In this document: in pieces, positions 1-8,698 of the stretch
Layout of the letters: each line of letters opens with the position of its first letter
Position numbering within the stretch: position 1 is the first letter of the stretch
From: Bacteroidia bacterium
GTDB taxonomy: Bacteria; Bacteroidota; Bacteroidia; B-17B0; Aurantibacillaceae
Direction of reading: 5' to 3'
Length of the DNA: 64,000 bases
Assembly: GCA_022842625.1 (NCBI GenBank)
Contig: JALHPG010000003.1
Span: 53,503 to 117,502 of the forward strand
Position numbers and translations under genes: made by a program
The notes under the pieces: generated by a model
Told to the model about the DNA's origin: nothing
The model's database searches: none
The model's input: the letters and a program-made list of their open reading frames with translations, nothing else

Positions 1-1070
1 GCAAATTTCTTCTCGAATTCTTTCATTACATCTACTAATGCTTGTACGCTTTCTAAAGGCAATGCATTGTACATAGATGCTCTGTATCCACCTACATCTC
101 TGTGTCCGCGAATACCGCTAATATTAGCTTCATTCCACATTTTATCAAATTCAGCTTCTAATTCAGGTTTTGTAGTTAAAAAGCATGCATTCATATTACT
201 GCGGTCTTCAACAGCCGTTGTACCATAAAATAAAGAGTTTCTATCGATCTCATTATACAAACAATCTGCTTTTTGCTGATTGATCTTTTCTATCCAAGCA
301 ACACCGCCGTTTTTCTTTAACCAACGTAAAGTAAGTAAAGTAACATAAATAGGAAACACAGGAGGTGTATTGTACATACTGCCACCTTTAATATGCACCT
401 GGTAATCTAGCATCGATAACATTTTGCGTCCGGTTTTTCCAAGAATATCTTTCTTAACCATAACCATTGTACTTCCAGCAGGCCCAATATTTTTTTGAGC
501 ACCTGCATAGATCAAATCAAAATCTTTTGCATTTACTTTTCTGCTAAAAATATCAGAACTCATATCACACACCAATGGAACGTTTACTTTTGGAAACGAT
601 TTCATTTGGGTTCCAAAAATGGTATTGTTGCTGGTAATATGTAAATAATCTGCATCTGTAGGAATTTCATACCCTTTAGGGATGTAGTTAAAGTTCTTGT
701 CTTCTGATGAAGCAATTACTTTTGTGTTACCAATAATTTTAGATTCTTTAATTGCTTTGCTTGCCCAAACACCGGTGTTTACATAAGCTGCATAACCTTT
801 TTCGGTTAATAAATTATATGGTACCATGGCAAATTGTAAACTTGCGCCACCACCTAAATAAACTACCTCATACTCATTACCAACTTCAAACAATTCTTTA
901 ATAATAGATTGAGACTCTTCAATTACCGCTTCGTAATTTTTACTACGGTGCGAAATTTCTAACAGTGATAAATTTAAATTATCAAAATTGATACAAGCTT
1001 CTGACGCTTGTTTTAAAACCTCCTGAGGTAAGATTCCGGGACCGGCACTAAAGTTGTGAATTTTTGTCAT
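1..1070 (-). CDS. serC: phosphoserine aminotransferase (3' end cut by the window edge; not in ORF track)
   Basis: Manual translation from ATG at 1070: MTKIHNFSAGPGILPQEV...GGGASLQFAM...DMSSDI...YAGAQKNIGPAG...GHRDVGGYRASMYNA...MKEFEKKF. The frame is open to position 1. Confidence 0.95.
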   Translation of the reverse strand, partial: MTKIHNFSAGPGILPQEVLKQASEACINFDNLNLSLLEISHRSKNYEAVIEESQSIIKELFEVGNEYEVVYLGGGASLQFAMVPYNLLTEKGYAAYVNTGVWASKAIKESKIIGNTKVIASSEDKNFNYIPKGYEIPTDADYLHITSNNTIFGTQMKSFPKVNVPLVCDMSSDIFSRKVNAKDFDLIYAGAQKNIGPAGSTMVMVKKDILGKTGRKMLSMLDYQVHIKGGSMYNTPPVFPIYVTLLTLRWLKKNGGVAWIEKINQQKADCLYNEIDRNSLFYGTTAVEDRSNMNACFLTTKPELEAEFDKMWNEANISGIRGHRDVGGYRASMYNALPLESVQALVDVMKEFEKKF

Positions 1071-1130
1071 AGTTTATATTTTTAAATTTTAAATATGCTT
1101 TTCAAATATGGCTTAAAATTAATAAAATGT

Positions 1131-3218
1131 TTAGTCAGAGAGTAATTTAATTACGCCGTTATTTAAAGTAATTATAAATAATTTTCCATTTACAGGCTGA
1201 ATGTTGCTAATATCGCCAAAAACAAGCTCACCTGCCGCATTAATTAAATTCTCATTTTCTCCTTTTACAAGATAAAAACGGCGACTGATCTTTTGTATTT
1301 CGGCTATTGAAGAATAGACTTCTTTGCCCTGCGTATTTATTAATATAAATTTATCTTTTACTTGAACCAAAGCACAACTGTCTTTAAAATCACCTGCTTT
1401 ATTGTATTTGTAAGGGATTGCAATATTTAATTTGCGATCAACATAACCGTATTTGTTTTTATTATTTACACGAATTAAACCGTTAGAAGCAAAATTAATT
1501 TCATCGTAAGTTCCAAATTCAATGCTGGTACGACCGTTGGCGTCAACAAACGATTGCTGTCCCTTTTTAAGCAATTTAAATATCTGTCCGTTGGTATAAA
1601 AATCAACCGATTTTTCCTTAAAAAAATCATAGCTAATAGAACTTAAAAAACAACCGCTTGCATTATAAAAACCATACAAATTATTAAGCACTACAATAAA
1701 AACAGAATTGTTTGCTTTTAAGATCTGATCATACTTTGTTTCTAATATCAATTTACCGGCAGAATTAATCAGACCGTAGGAATTACCAATTTTTACTACA
1801 GCAATTTTATCGGCATCAAAGTCCGAAAGCCAGTCAAATTCAGCCTTGTGAACATAACCATCTTTTGAAACAAAACCACTTTTTCCTTCTAAACGATAGT
1901 AGGCAAGTTCATTTTTAAAATCACCTAATTCTTCAAAACGAGGTTCAATAATGGTTTGACCAAAATTATTTACTGCACCGTATTTACCATTTTGTTTTAC
2001 TGTGTAACAATTGTTAGAGATCTCATTAATTTCTTCGTATAGCGGTGAAATGATCTGTCCCTGACGATTAATAAAACACCATTGATTCCCATGTTTTACA
2101 GCGGCTATGCCGTTATTAAAATTATAAGCCTCAGTAAAATATTGATCAAAAGGATCTTTGTTCTCTTTATTAATAAAATAAACCGAATCGTTTTTATTCA
2201 CTACCGCCAATCCTTCTGAAAAGGCTGATACAGCGTCAAATAGAGCAGGAATAATCAATGTCGCAGAAGTATCAATAAAACCAAAAAGGTCTTCCTTTTG
2301 ATAAGGATATAACAACAGATTATTTAATTGAAGTTCTTTTAAAATAGAATTCTTTAAAGGAAATGTTGGGTTTTCGGCTAAGAATTTTTCGAGTTCTTCA
2401 TTTGAATATGACTTAACCGTTAAAGCAAATAACAACTTCCAAGCCTCGGTGTATTGCGGTGCTAGTGGGTAATTGGTGACAAATAATTTTAATCCGTTTA
2501 CATCTGAAGTTTCTTTATATATAGAAAATAATTTTTCGTAAGCCGAATTTAATAGAACGTTTTTAGGATTAACTTTTATAAAATTGATGTAAGACAATGA
2601 GGAATTATCTTTTGTAGACTCGTCATATATTTGTCTGTCAATTAGCAGCAAGGCTTCTGCAACAAGATCACTTTGAGGATGCGTAATTACAAACTCTTTG
2701 GTTTGTTTACTGTCATTATAACTCAGCGCTTCATTATAATCCAATTCGTCTCGTAAATAAATAACCTTGTTTAAGATCTTTTTGTTTGCCAAATAATTTT
2801 GCTTTAAAAAATTGGTGTAATTCAAAACGGATCTTTCTGTTTTAAGTCGCTCAAATCCTTTTACAGCAATAGAATCTACCAATTGAAGAATATACAGACT
2901 ATCGATCTTAAAATTAAAAAACTCTTTACTCTCACGCTTTTTTAAAAATAAATTATAGCTTAACGAAGCATATTTTGCAGCCGAATCTAAATTATAAAAA
3001 GGATTATTGCTGCGGCTATAAATAGTTGCTAAACCATAAGATGAATAAGGGTCGTGTTTACATTTATAATTTTTAGAAAATATTTTTTTTGCCTTAAAAT
3101 AATCGTGAATAGAAAGCGCTTGAAATCCATTCTCTAGTTTGGAGGCTTTTAGACTTCCTAAAAAAAGAACACATAAGAAGATGACAAAAAACCGGTGTAT
3201 ATTTAATTTAAAATTCAA
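1131..3218 (-). CDS. WG (KWG)-repeat-containing exported protein with N-terminal helical repeats
   Basis: Signal peptide; about 5 helical 'F..YP.S'-like repeats; then many WG-type repeats (FGFID...IIPALFDAVSAFSEGLA, YGAVNNFGQTIIEPRFEELGDFKNELA, YGYVDRKLNIAIPYKY). Confidence 0.8.
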   Translation of the reverse strand: MNFKLNIHRFFVIFLCVLFLGSLKASKLENGFQALSIHDYFKAKKIFSKNYKCKHDPYSSYGLATIYSRSNNPFYNLDSAAKYASLSYNLFLKKRESKEFFNFKIDSLYILQLVDSIAVKGFERLKTERSVLNYTNFLKQNYLANKKILNKVIYLRDELDYNEALSYNDSKQTKEFVITHPQSDLVAEALLLIDRQIYDESTKDNSSLSYINFIKVNPKNVLLNSAYEKLFSIYKETSDVNGLKLFVTNYPLAPQYTEAWKLLFALTVKSYSNEELEKFLAENPTFPLKNSILKELQLNNLLLYPYQKEDLFGFIDTSATLIIPALFDAVSAFSEGLAVVNKNDSVYFINKENKDPFDQYFTEAYNFNNGIAAVKHGNQWCFINRQGQIISPLYEEINEISNNCYTVKQNGKYGAVNNFGQTIIEPRFEELGDFKNELAYYRLEGKSGFVSKDGYVHKAEFDWLSDFDADKIAVVKIGNSYGLINSAGKLILETKYDQILKANNSVFIVVLNNLYGFYNASGCFLSSISYDFFKEKSVDFYTNGQIFKLLKKGQQSFVDANGRTSIEFGTYDEINFASNGLIRVNNKNKYGYVDRKLNIAIPYKYNKAGDFKDSCALVQVKDKFILINTQGKEVYSSIAEIQKISRRFYLVKGENENLINAAGELVFGDISNIQPVNGKLFIITLNNGVIKLLSD

Positions 3219-3257
3219 GTATTGAGCAGGTGAAGTTTGTTATAATTTAAAAACTAT

Positions 3258-3265
3258 CAAAGCTA
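3258..3265 (-). promoter_or_regulatory. Bacteroidota -7 promoter element (TAgcTTTG) for the WG-repeat gene
   Basis: CAAAGCTA on the + strand, 40 bp upstream of the 3218 start; matches the TAnnTTTG consensus. Confidence 0.5.
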
Positions 3266-3284
3266 AAAACTACAAATTATTACA

Positions 3285-3292
3285 TATCTTTG
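3285..3292 (+). promoter_or_regulatory. Bacteroidota -7 promoter element (TAtcTTTG)
   Basis: Consensus match that overlaps the track's TTG start, which favours ATG 3302 as the true start. Confidence 0.55.
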
Positions 3293-3301
3293 TTGATAAT
3301 T

Positions 3302-3493
3302 ATGTTCACAACAGGAAGGATCGTTTTTACCTTATTTTTTTTAGTGATCTTTATCACTGGGTTGGTCTGGAGCTACCGTAAAGACTTAAAAACTATCAAA
3401 GTTCATTTTAAGAAACCCTACTTAGTTCTTATTGCAATAATAATGTTTTTAACATTTCTATTTATTATTGTTAAAATAAGGAAATTCATTTAA
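3302..3493 (+). CDS. small two-TM membrane protein (MFTTGRIVF...YRKD type)
   Basis: Two hydrophobic stretches separated by YRKDLKTIKVHFKK; resembles a small conserved Bacteroidota hypothetical. Start moved from TTG 3290 to ATG 3302. Confidence 0.65.
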   Translation: MFTTGRIVFTLFFLVIFITGLVWSYRKDLKTIKVHFKKPYLVLIAIIMFLTFLFIIVKIRKFI

Positions 3494-3511
3494 ATACATC
3501 GATAAAATTGA

Positions 3512-3519
3512 TATATTTG
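3512..3519 (+). promoter_or_regulatory. Bacteroidota -7 promoter element (TAtaTTTG)
   Basis: Consensus match 28 bp before ATG 3547. Confidence 0.55.
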
Positions 3520-3546
3520 TCTACAATAAATAGTAATTACACAACG

Positions 3547-4329
3547 ATGAAAAATTTCTTGATCTTAACATGCTTTCTGGGTTTTAACAGCTTAATGAAT
3601 TCGGCTACACTTGTTATTGAGGGAAAATACCAGAATAAAAATGTATTTGTACAAAATGCGTATGGCGTTAATGGTGTTGGTTTTTGCGCGCAAGAGATAA
3701 AAGTTAACGGAAAAATCACTACAGACGAAACTAACTCAAGTGCTTTTGAAATAGACCTGGCGGCATTACAATTAAAATATGGTCAAAAAGTTGTTATAGA
3801 GATCAGTCATCAAGAAAATTGTGTTCCTAAAGTTTTAAATCTTGAAGACTTAAAATCAAAACCAAGCTTTGAAATATTAACCATGAATGTTTCTCCGGCC
3901 GGTGTTTTAAAATGGACCGCGAAAAACGAATCCGGTTCTTTACCTTATATCATCGAGCAATTTAAATGGAACAAATGGATTCCGGTTGGCGAAATGGATG
4001 GAATTGGAAGTCCTGAAAATCATGACTATTCTTTTCAAGTTACCATGCACAGCGGAGAAAATAAATACCGCGTTAAGCAAAAAGGTTTAAACTCATTTTC
4101 AAAATATTCTCAAGAAGTTAGTTTAAAATCTACAACAGAAAAACCTTCATTTGCAATTCCAAAAACCGGTAAAAGCATTGATTTTAATATGGAAACAGCC
4201 TACGAAGTATTTGATGCTTATGGTGACGTTGTTAAAAAAGGTTTTGGTAATATTATAAATATTGAAAACCTTAAAAAAGGAAAATACTATTTGTGTTATG
4301 ATAACACAATGACAGATTTTACTAAGTAA
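3547..4329 (+). CDS. exported hypothetical protein with a possible degenerate T9SS-type C-terminal domain
   Basis: Signal peptide MKNFLILTCFLGFNSLMNS from ATG 3547; beta-rich; C-terminal YEVFDAYGDVVKKG...INIENLKKGKYYL. Confidence 0.65.
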   Translation: MKNFLILTCFLGFNSLMNSATLVIEGKYQNKNVFVQNAYGVNGVGFCAQEIKVNGKITTDETNSSAFEIDLAALQLKYGQKVVIEISHQENCVPKVLNLEDLKSKPSFEILTMNVSPAGVLKWTAKNESGSLPYIIEQFKWNKWIPVGEMDGIGSPENHDYSFQVTMHSGENKYRVKQKGLNSFSKYSQEVSLKSTTEKPSFAIPKTGKSIDFNMETAYEVFDAYGDVVKKGFGNIINIENLKKGKYYLCYDNTMTDFTK

Positions 4330-4331
4330 TT

Positions 4332-4958
4332 TTAACTTCTTGCTAAAATTGTTTTTAGCTCGCTAAGTATCATAGCTGTTGCACCCCAAACTTTATGACC
4401 CTCTACCAAAAAGTAGGGGGTTTTTATTTTATTTCCATCTACCTCTACCGTTCCATGCTCAATCAATTTTTCATCTAACAAATTATTAAGCGACAACTCT
4501 AAAACGTTTTTCACTTCTCGTTCATGAGGCACCATTGGAGGATTAATTATTTTGCAGAATCCTATGTAAGGCTCCACCAAAAAACCACTTACCGGAATGT
4601 ATAAAGACGTAAGCTTTCCAATAATTTCTATTTCTTCTCGTAAGCCTATCTCCTCAAAACACTCTCTAATAGCCGTGTTCTGCAAGTTCTCATCCCCATC
4701 CTCATATTTACCTCCCGGAAAACTTATTTGAGCGCTGTGTGCGCCTAAATAAGGCAAGCGTTCAATTAAAGGAATAAATAAATTGTTTTTATCGTCACTG
4801 CAAAAAAGGATCAATACCGCACTTGGCCTGTATTGCCCGACTTCTAAACTCGCCAGATCTATTCGAGGCCTAGAAACAGGTGCCATAAGGTATTGCGCCT
4901 CAATTCCGGGAAGAGCCGATAGCAGTTCTATTTTAAGTTTATTTAGAAGTAGTTCCAA
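4332..4958 (-). CDS. Nudix hydrolase, CoA pyrophosphatase family
   Basis: [32 protein letters not shown] (CoAse motif plus Nudix box) and [10 protein letters not shown]. Start set at TTG 4958 because a -7 motif covers 4968-4975. Confidence 0.88.
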   Translation of the reverse strand: MELLLNKLKIELLSALPGIEAQYLMAPVSRPRIDLASLEVGQYRPSAVLILFCSDDKNNLFIPLIERLPYLGAHSAQISFPGGKYEDGDENLQNTAIRECFEEIGLREEIEIIGKLTSLYIPVSGFLVEPYIGFCKIINPPMVPHEREVKNVLELSLNNLLDEKLIEHGTVEVDGNKIKTPYFLVEGHKVWGATAMILSELKTILARS

Positions 4959-4967
4959 AACAAATAG

Positions 4968-4997
4968 CAAAATTAAGGGTTAAATTAAGTAAATTTG
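4968..4997. promoter_or_regulatory. back-to-back divergent -7 promoter elements (Nudix gene and ribBA)
   Basis: CAAAATTA at 4968-4975 (reads TAatTTTG on the minus strand) and TAaaTTTG at 4990-4997 on the plus strand. Confidence 0.55.
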
Positions 4998-5008
4998 CAG
5001 CACAAATT

Positions 5009-6214
5009 ATGAGTGAATTTAAATTAAATACAATAGAAGAAGCTTTAGAAGATCTTCGTAAAGGTAAGGTTATAATTGTTGTTGATGATGAAGATCGTGA
5101 GAATGAAGGTGATTTTATTACCGCAGCTGCCAATGCAACTCCCGAAGTAATAAACTTTATGGCCACTCATGGCCGCGGCTTGATATGCACTGCCATTACC
5201 GAACAAAAGGCAAAGGAATTACAATTAGATATGATGGTGAGTTCTAACACAAGTACTCATGAAACCGCTTTTACAGTATCAATAGATCTATTAGGATTTG
5301 GTTGTACAACAGGTATTTCGGCATCAGACAGAAGTAAAACAGTTTTAGCATTAGTAGATCCAACCAAAAAAGCAAGTGATTTTGGAAGACCCGGACATAT
5401 TTTTCCTTTAAAGGCAAAGGAAGCAGGCGTATTACAAAGAACAGGTCATACAGAAGCTACCATAGATCTTGCACGATTAGCAGGCTTTGAGCCTTGTGGT
5501 GCATTAGTTGAAATTATGAATGAAGACGGAAGTATGGCGCGCCTACCCGATCTTGTAAAAATTGCAGAGCGTTTTGATCTTAAAATAATTACCATAAAAG
5601 ATCTTATCAGTTACCGTTTGGCTAAAGAATCAAACGTTGACCGCATAGTTGAAGTTAAGATGCCAACTAATTGGGGAGACTTTGATCTGGTTGCTTATAA
5701 AGTAAAAACTACAGGTCAAGAACACATGGCTTTAATTAAAGGCTCATGGCAAAAAGATGAACCGGTTTTAGTACGTGTACACTCTAGTTGCGTTACCGGT
5801 GATGTTTTTGGAAGTTGCCGCTGCGATTGTGGTCCGCAATTACATGCTGCTATGGAAATGATAGAAAAAGCCGGAAAAGGTGTTATCGTTTATATGAATC
5901 AGGAAGGGCGCGGCATTGGTTTATTAAATAAATTAAAAGCATACAAACTGCAAGAAAACGGCAGAGATACCGTTGAAGCAAATATTGAACTTGGTTTTAA
6001 AATGGATGAACGCGATTACGGCATTGGTGCACAAATTTTACGCGACCTTGGTGTAAGTAAAATTAAATTAATGACCAACAATCCTAAAAAGCGCGCAGGT
6101 CTTATTGGTTATGGTTTAGAGATAATAGAAAATGTTCCGCTTATTATTACACCCAACCCACACAATGCAAAATATTTGCAAACCAAAAAAGATAAAATGG
6201 GTCACTCTATTTAA
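5009..6214 (+). CDS. ribBA: bifunctional 3,4-dihydroxy-2-butanone-4-phosphate synthase / GTP cyclohydrolase II
   Basis: [61 protein letters not shown]. Confidence 0.97.
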   Translation: MSEFKLNTIEEALEDLRKGKVIIVVDDEDRENEGDFITAAANATPEVINFMATHGRGLICTAITEQKAKELQLDMMVSSNTSTHETAFTVSIDLLGFGCTTGISASDRSKTVLALVDPTKKASDFGRPGHIFPLKAKEAGVLQRTGHTEATIDLARLAGFEPCGALVEIMNEDGSMARLPDLVKIAERFDLKIITIKDLISYRLAKESNVDRIVEVKMPTNWGDFDLVAYKVKTTGQEHMALIKGSWQKDEPVLVRVHSSCVTGDVFGSCRCDCGPQLHAAMEMIEKAGKGVIVYMNQEGRGIGLLNKLKAYKLQENGRDTVEANIELGFKMDERDYGIGAQILRDLGVSKIKLMTNNPKKRAGLIGYGLEIIENVPLIITPNPHNAKYLQTKKDKMGHSI

Positions 6215-6225
6215 TTACTCTTTAT

Positions 6226-6273
6226 AAAGACCTGTCAGGTTTCTCATAAACACAGTTAAAACCTGACAGGTCT
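6226..6273. repeat. REP-like palindromic element, family A, copy 1
   Basis: Perfect 15-bp inverted repeat agacctgtcaggttt (6228-6242) / aaacctgacaggtct (6259-6273) with a 16-nt spacer. Confidence 0.85.
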
Positions 6274-6305
6274 ATTCTATATAATCCTGATCATTCAGAA
6301 AATGT

Positions 6306-6313
6306 TATATTTG
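6306..6313 (+). promoter_or_regulatory. -7 promoter element (TAtaTTTG) of the repeat-flanked gene
   Basis: Consensus match between repeat copy 1 and ATG 6330. Confidence 0.55.
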
Positions 6314-6329
6314 TTACTATCAGCGTTAA

Positions 6330-7364
6330 ATGAGAGTAATTAAGATCTATATTTTTTTTCAAATTGTTTTTATAGGAAATATTTTTTCGCAAGGAAGTGA
6401 AGATTTTAATCTTAAGCTTCCAAACACAAAAATCTCATTTAGCAATTTCAATATTTTAAATGTAATTGATCAAAGAAGTGATACCACTAATATTGGTTTT
6501 TTATATGGTACTATTTTAAACAAAACCATTTTTGTTCAACCTAGCATTCCATTTTCATATCAACTTCAAAGTATTGTTTATCAATCTTCTGATTCAAGTA
6601 ATTCGGGTGAATTATTAATTCAAATAAGAAAGATGAAGTTTATACAACGCACTTCACTTTATGATGATAACGCAATCTTTTTTTTTAGAGCCAATCTCTA
6701 CAAAAAAACCGAAAATAATTTTGAAAAATTAGCATACATTGATACCCTTCTTATTGTACCAAATTCTGACCCTATTAAAACAATAAAAGGAGAGGCTAGT
6801 AATGTTGTCACAAACTTTCTTTTAAAAAACATGCAAATTTTACCAGTTGATGAAAAAAAGCAATCATATTTCGAAGTTCTTAAAATTGATAGTATTGAAA
6901 AAAGTAAACTAAAAGCTTATTGTGTTAGCGAATATATTAATGGAGTTTACATGAATTTTGAATCTTTCAAAAATCAGTCGCCAAACTATACAACTACCAA
7001 AATAAAATTTAAAAATAAAAGTATTAAAAAAGTAAAAATATTAAACGCTGAAGGAAAAAAAATTAAATTACAGAATAAAGAAATATTTGCTGTAGTTGAA
7101 AATGGAAAAATTCACATATCTGCTGAATATGGTTATTGCACACTATACAGATTTAACGGAGATTTTTATTTTATTGGTCGCGCAAAAGTTTCACGAGACC
7201 CTGTGGAGTCAGTTCTTTTGGCTGTGTTTCTCCCAGCAGTACCTTTAATTATTGCGGCTCCTGCGATAATTGCAGCATCGCAAAGTAATAAACCATATTT
7301 TGAAATTAAAATAGATCATGTTGATGGATCTTTTATGAGGGTAAAACAACTAAATAGCTATTGA
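6330..7364 (+). CDS. exported hypothetical protein, AT-rich, flanked by family A repeats
   Basis: 344-aa ORF with a signal peptide, VIDQRSDTTNIG and INGVYMNFESFKNQSP motifs, and a C-terminal hydrophobic segment. Confidence 0.7.
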   Translation: MRVIKIYIFFQIVFIGNIFSQGSEDFNLKLPNTKISFSNFNILNVIDQRSDTTNIGFLYGTILNKTIFVQPSIPFSYQLQSIVYQSSDSSNSGELLIQIRKMKFIQRTSLYDDNAIFFFRANLYKKTENNFEKLAYIDTLLIVPNSDPIKTIKGEASNVVTNFLLKNMQILPVDEKKQSYFEVLKIDSIEKSKLKAYCVSEYINGVYMNFESFKNQSPNYTTTKIKFKNKSIKKVKILNAEGKKIKLQNKEIFAVVENGKIHISAEYGYCTLYRFNGDFYFIGRAKVSRDPVESVLLAVFLPAVPLIIAAPAIIAASQSNKPYFEIKIDHVDGSFMRVKQLNSY

Positions 7365-7386
7365 TCCAAAAACTAAGATTAAAATA

Positions 7387-7435
7387 AAAGACCTGTCAGT
7401 TTTCTCTTAAACACACTTTAAAACCTGACAGGTCT
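7387..7435. repeat. REP-like palindromic element, family A, copy 2
   Basis: agacctgtcagtttt (7389-7403) / aaacctgacaggtct (7421-7435). The spacer ctcttaaacacacttta closely resembles the copy 1 spacer ctcataaacacagtta. Confidence 0.85.
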
Positions 7436-7442
7436 GAAGAAA

Positions 7443-8696
7443 TTATTTTGCAGGCAATAAGGTTGCCACGCACTCACCAAAGCCTAAACGGATGCCGTCT
7501 TTTTCGCAGTAACCACGAATAATGATAGTATCATTATCGTTCACAAATTTACGTTGCGTGCCATCTTTTAATGTGATTGGTTTAGTTCCGCGCCAAGTCA
7601 ATTCCATCATACTTCCGTACTCACTTGGATCAGGACCGCTAATAGTACCGCTTCCCATTAAGTCTCCTACATTTACATTACAACCGTTTACAGTATGGTG
7701 CGCTAATTGTTGCTCCATGGTCCAATACATATATTTGTAATTAGAGGTACAGATCTTATTCTCTTCACCATTTTGTGGTTTTAAGAATACATCTAATTTA
7801 ATATCTAAATTTTTATCGCCTTTGTATTCAAGGTATGGAAACACTTTTGGATCTTGCACATATCCTTTTGTTCTAAAAGGCTCTAATGCTTCCAGTGTTA
7901 CTATCCATGGAGAAACTGTACTCGCGAAATTCTTTGAAAGAAAGGGCCCTAAAGGAATGTATTCCCATGTTTGAATATCACGTGCGCTCCAATCATTAAA
8001 CAACACCATACCAAAAATATGATCGTCTGCTTGTTCTGTACTAATGCTGTCTCCCAATTGAGTAGACTTACCAATAACAAAAGCAGTTTCTAACTCAATG
8101 TCTAATAATTTACTCGGACCAAATACCGGAGTTTCAGAATCAGCAGCCTTTTGCTGTCCTTTTGGGCGATGAAAATTTGTACCCGAAACCGTTACAGAAG
8201 AAGCTCTGCCATGGTAACCAACCGGAATGTATTTCCAGTTTGGCATTAAAGCATTTTTGGGATCGCGTATCATTGTACCTATGTTTGTTGCGTGATCGAT
8301 ACTGCTGTAAAAATCAGTGTAGTCGCCAACACTAACAGGCATAAGCATTTTAACGGCACTTTGCTTTTTAAAGATCGTATCAAATAATTTTTTATCCGTT
8401 TTTAAAACAGAATTTTCATCGCATAAGATCTCGATCAATTTATTTCTAACACCATTTGTTACGGTTTTTCCTAAGGCTATAAAAGCGTTAAGATCTTTTT
8501 CGGCAAGAACAGAGCGGTTAATATTTAAAAGATCAAGAGATTCTAATTCGAACAGATCAATAATATAATCGCCAATTGCAGAGCACGCATGGTGTTCAAC
8601 TTTAGCATCAGTATAAATTCCAAATGGAATATTGTGAATGGTGAAATCAGATTTAGGATCAACTTCGATCCATGTTTTTAAATTTTTAGTTGACAT
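7443..8696 (-). CDS. fahA: fumarylacetoacetase
   Basis: SDFTIHNIPFGI, DYTDFYSSIDHATNIG, PVGYHGRASS, LDIELE, NDWSARDIQTWEYIPLGPFLSKNF, GSGTISG. Confidence 0.95.
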   Translation of the reverse strand: MSTKNLKTWIEVDPKSDFTIHNIPFGIYTDAKVEHHACSAIGDYIIDLFELESLDLLNINRSVLAEKDLNAFIALGKTVTNGVRNKLIEILCDENSVLKTDKKLFDTIFKKQSAVKMLMPVSVGDYTDFYSSIDHATNIGTMIRDPKNALMPNWKYIPVGYHGRASSVTVSGTNFHRPKGQQKAADSETPVFGPSKLLDIELETAFVIGKSTQLGDSISTEQADDHIFGMVLFNDWSARDIQTWEYIPLGPFLSKNFASTVSPWIVTLEALEPFRTKGYVQDPKVFPYLEYKGDKNLDIKLDVFLKPQNGEENKICTSNYKYMYWTMEQQLAHHTVNGCNVNVGDLMGSGTISGPDPSEYGSMMELTWRGTKPITLKDGTQRKFVNDNDTIIIRGYCEKDGIRLGFGECVATLLPAK

Positions 8697-8698
8697 AT

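Noticed and set aside
4971-5008. Possible FMN riboswitch upstream of ribBA
   Set aside because: The intergenic region is only about 40-50 bp and is filled by two divergent -7 motifs; no RFN element is visible.
6226-7435. CRISPR array or IS element
   Set aside because: There are only two copies about 1.1 kb apart, no spacer periodicity, no cas or transposase gene, and the copies are in direct orientation without target-site duplications.
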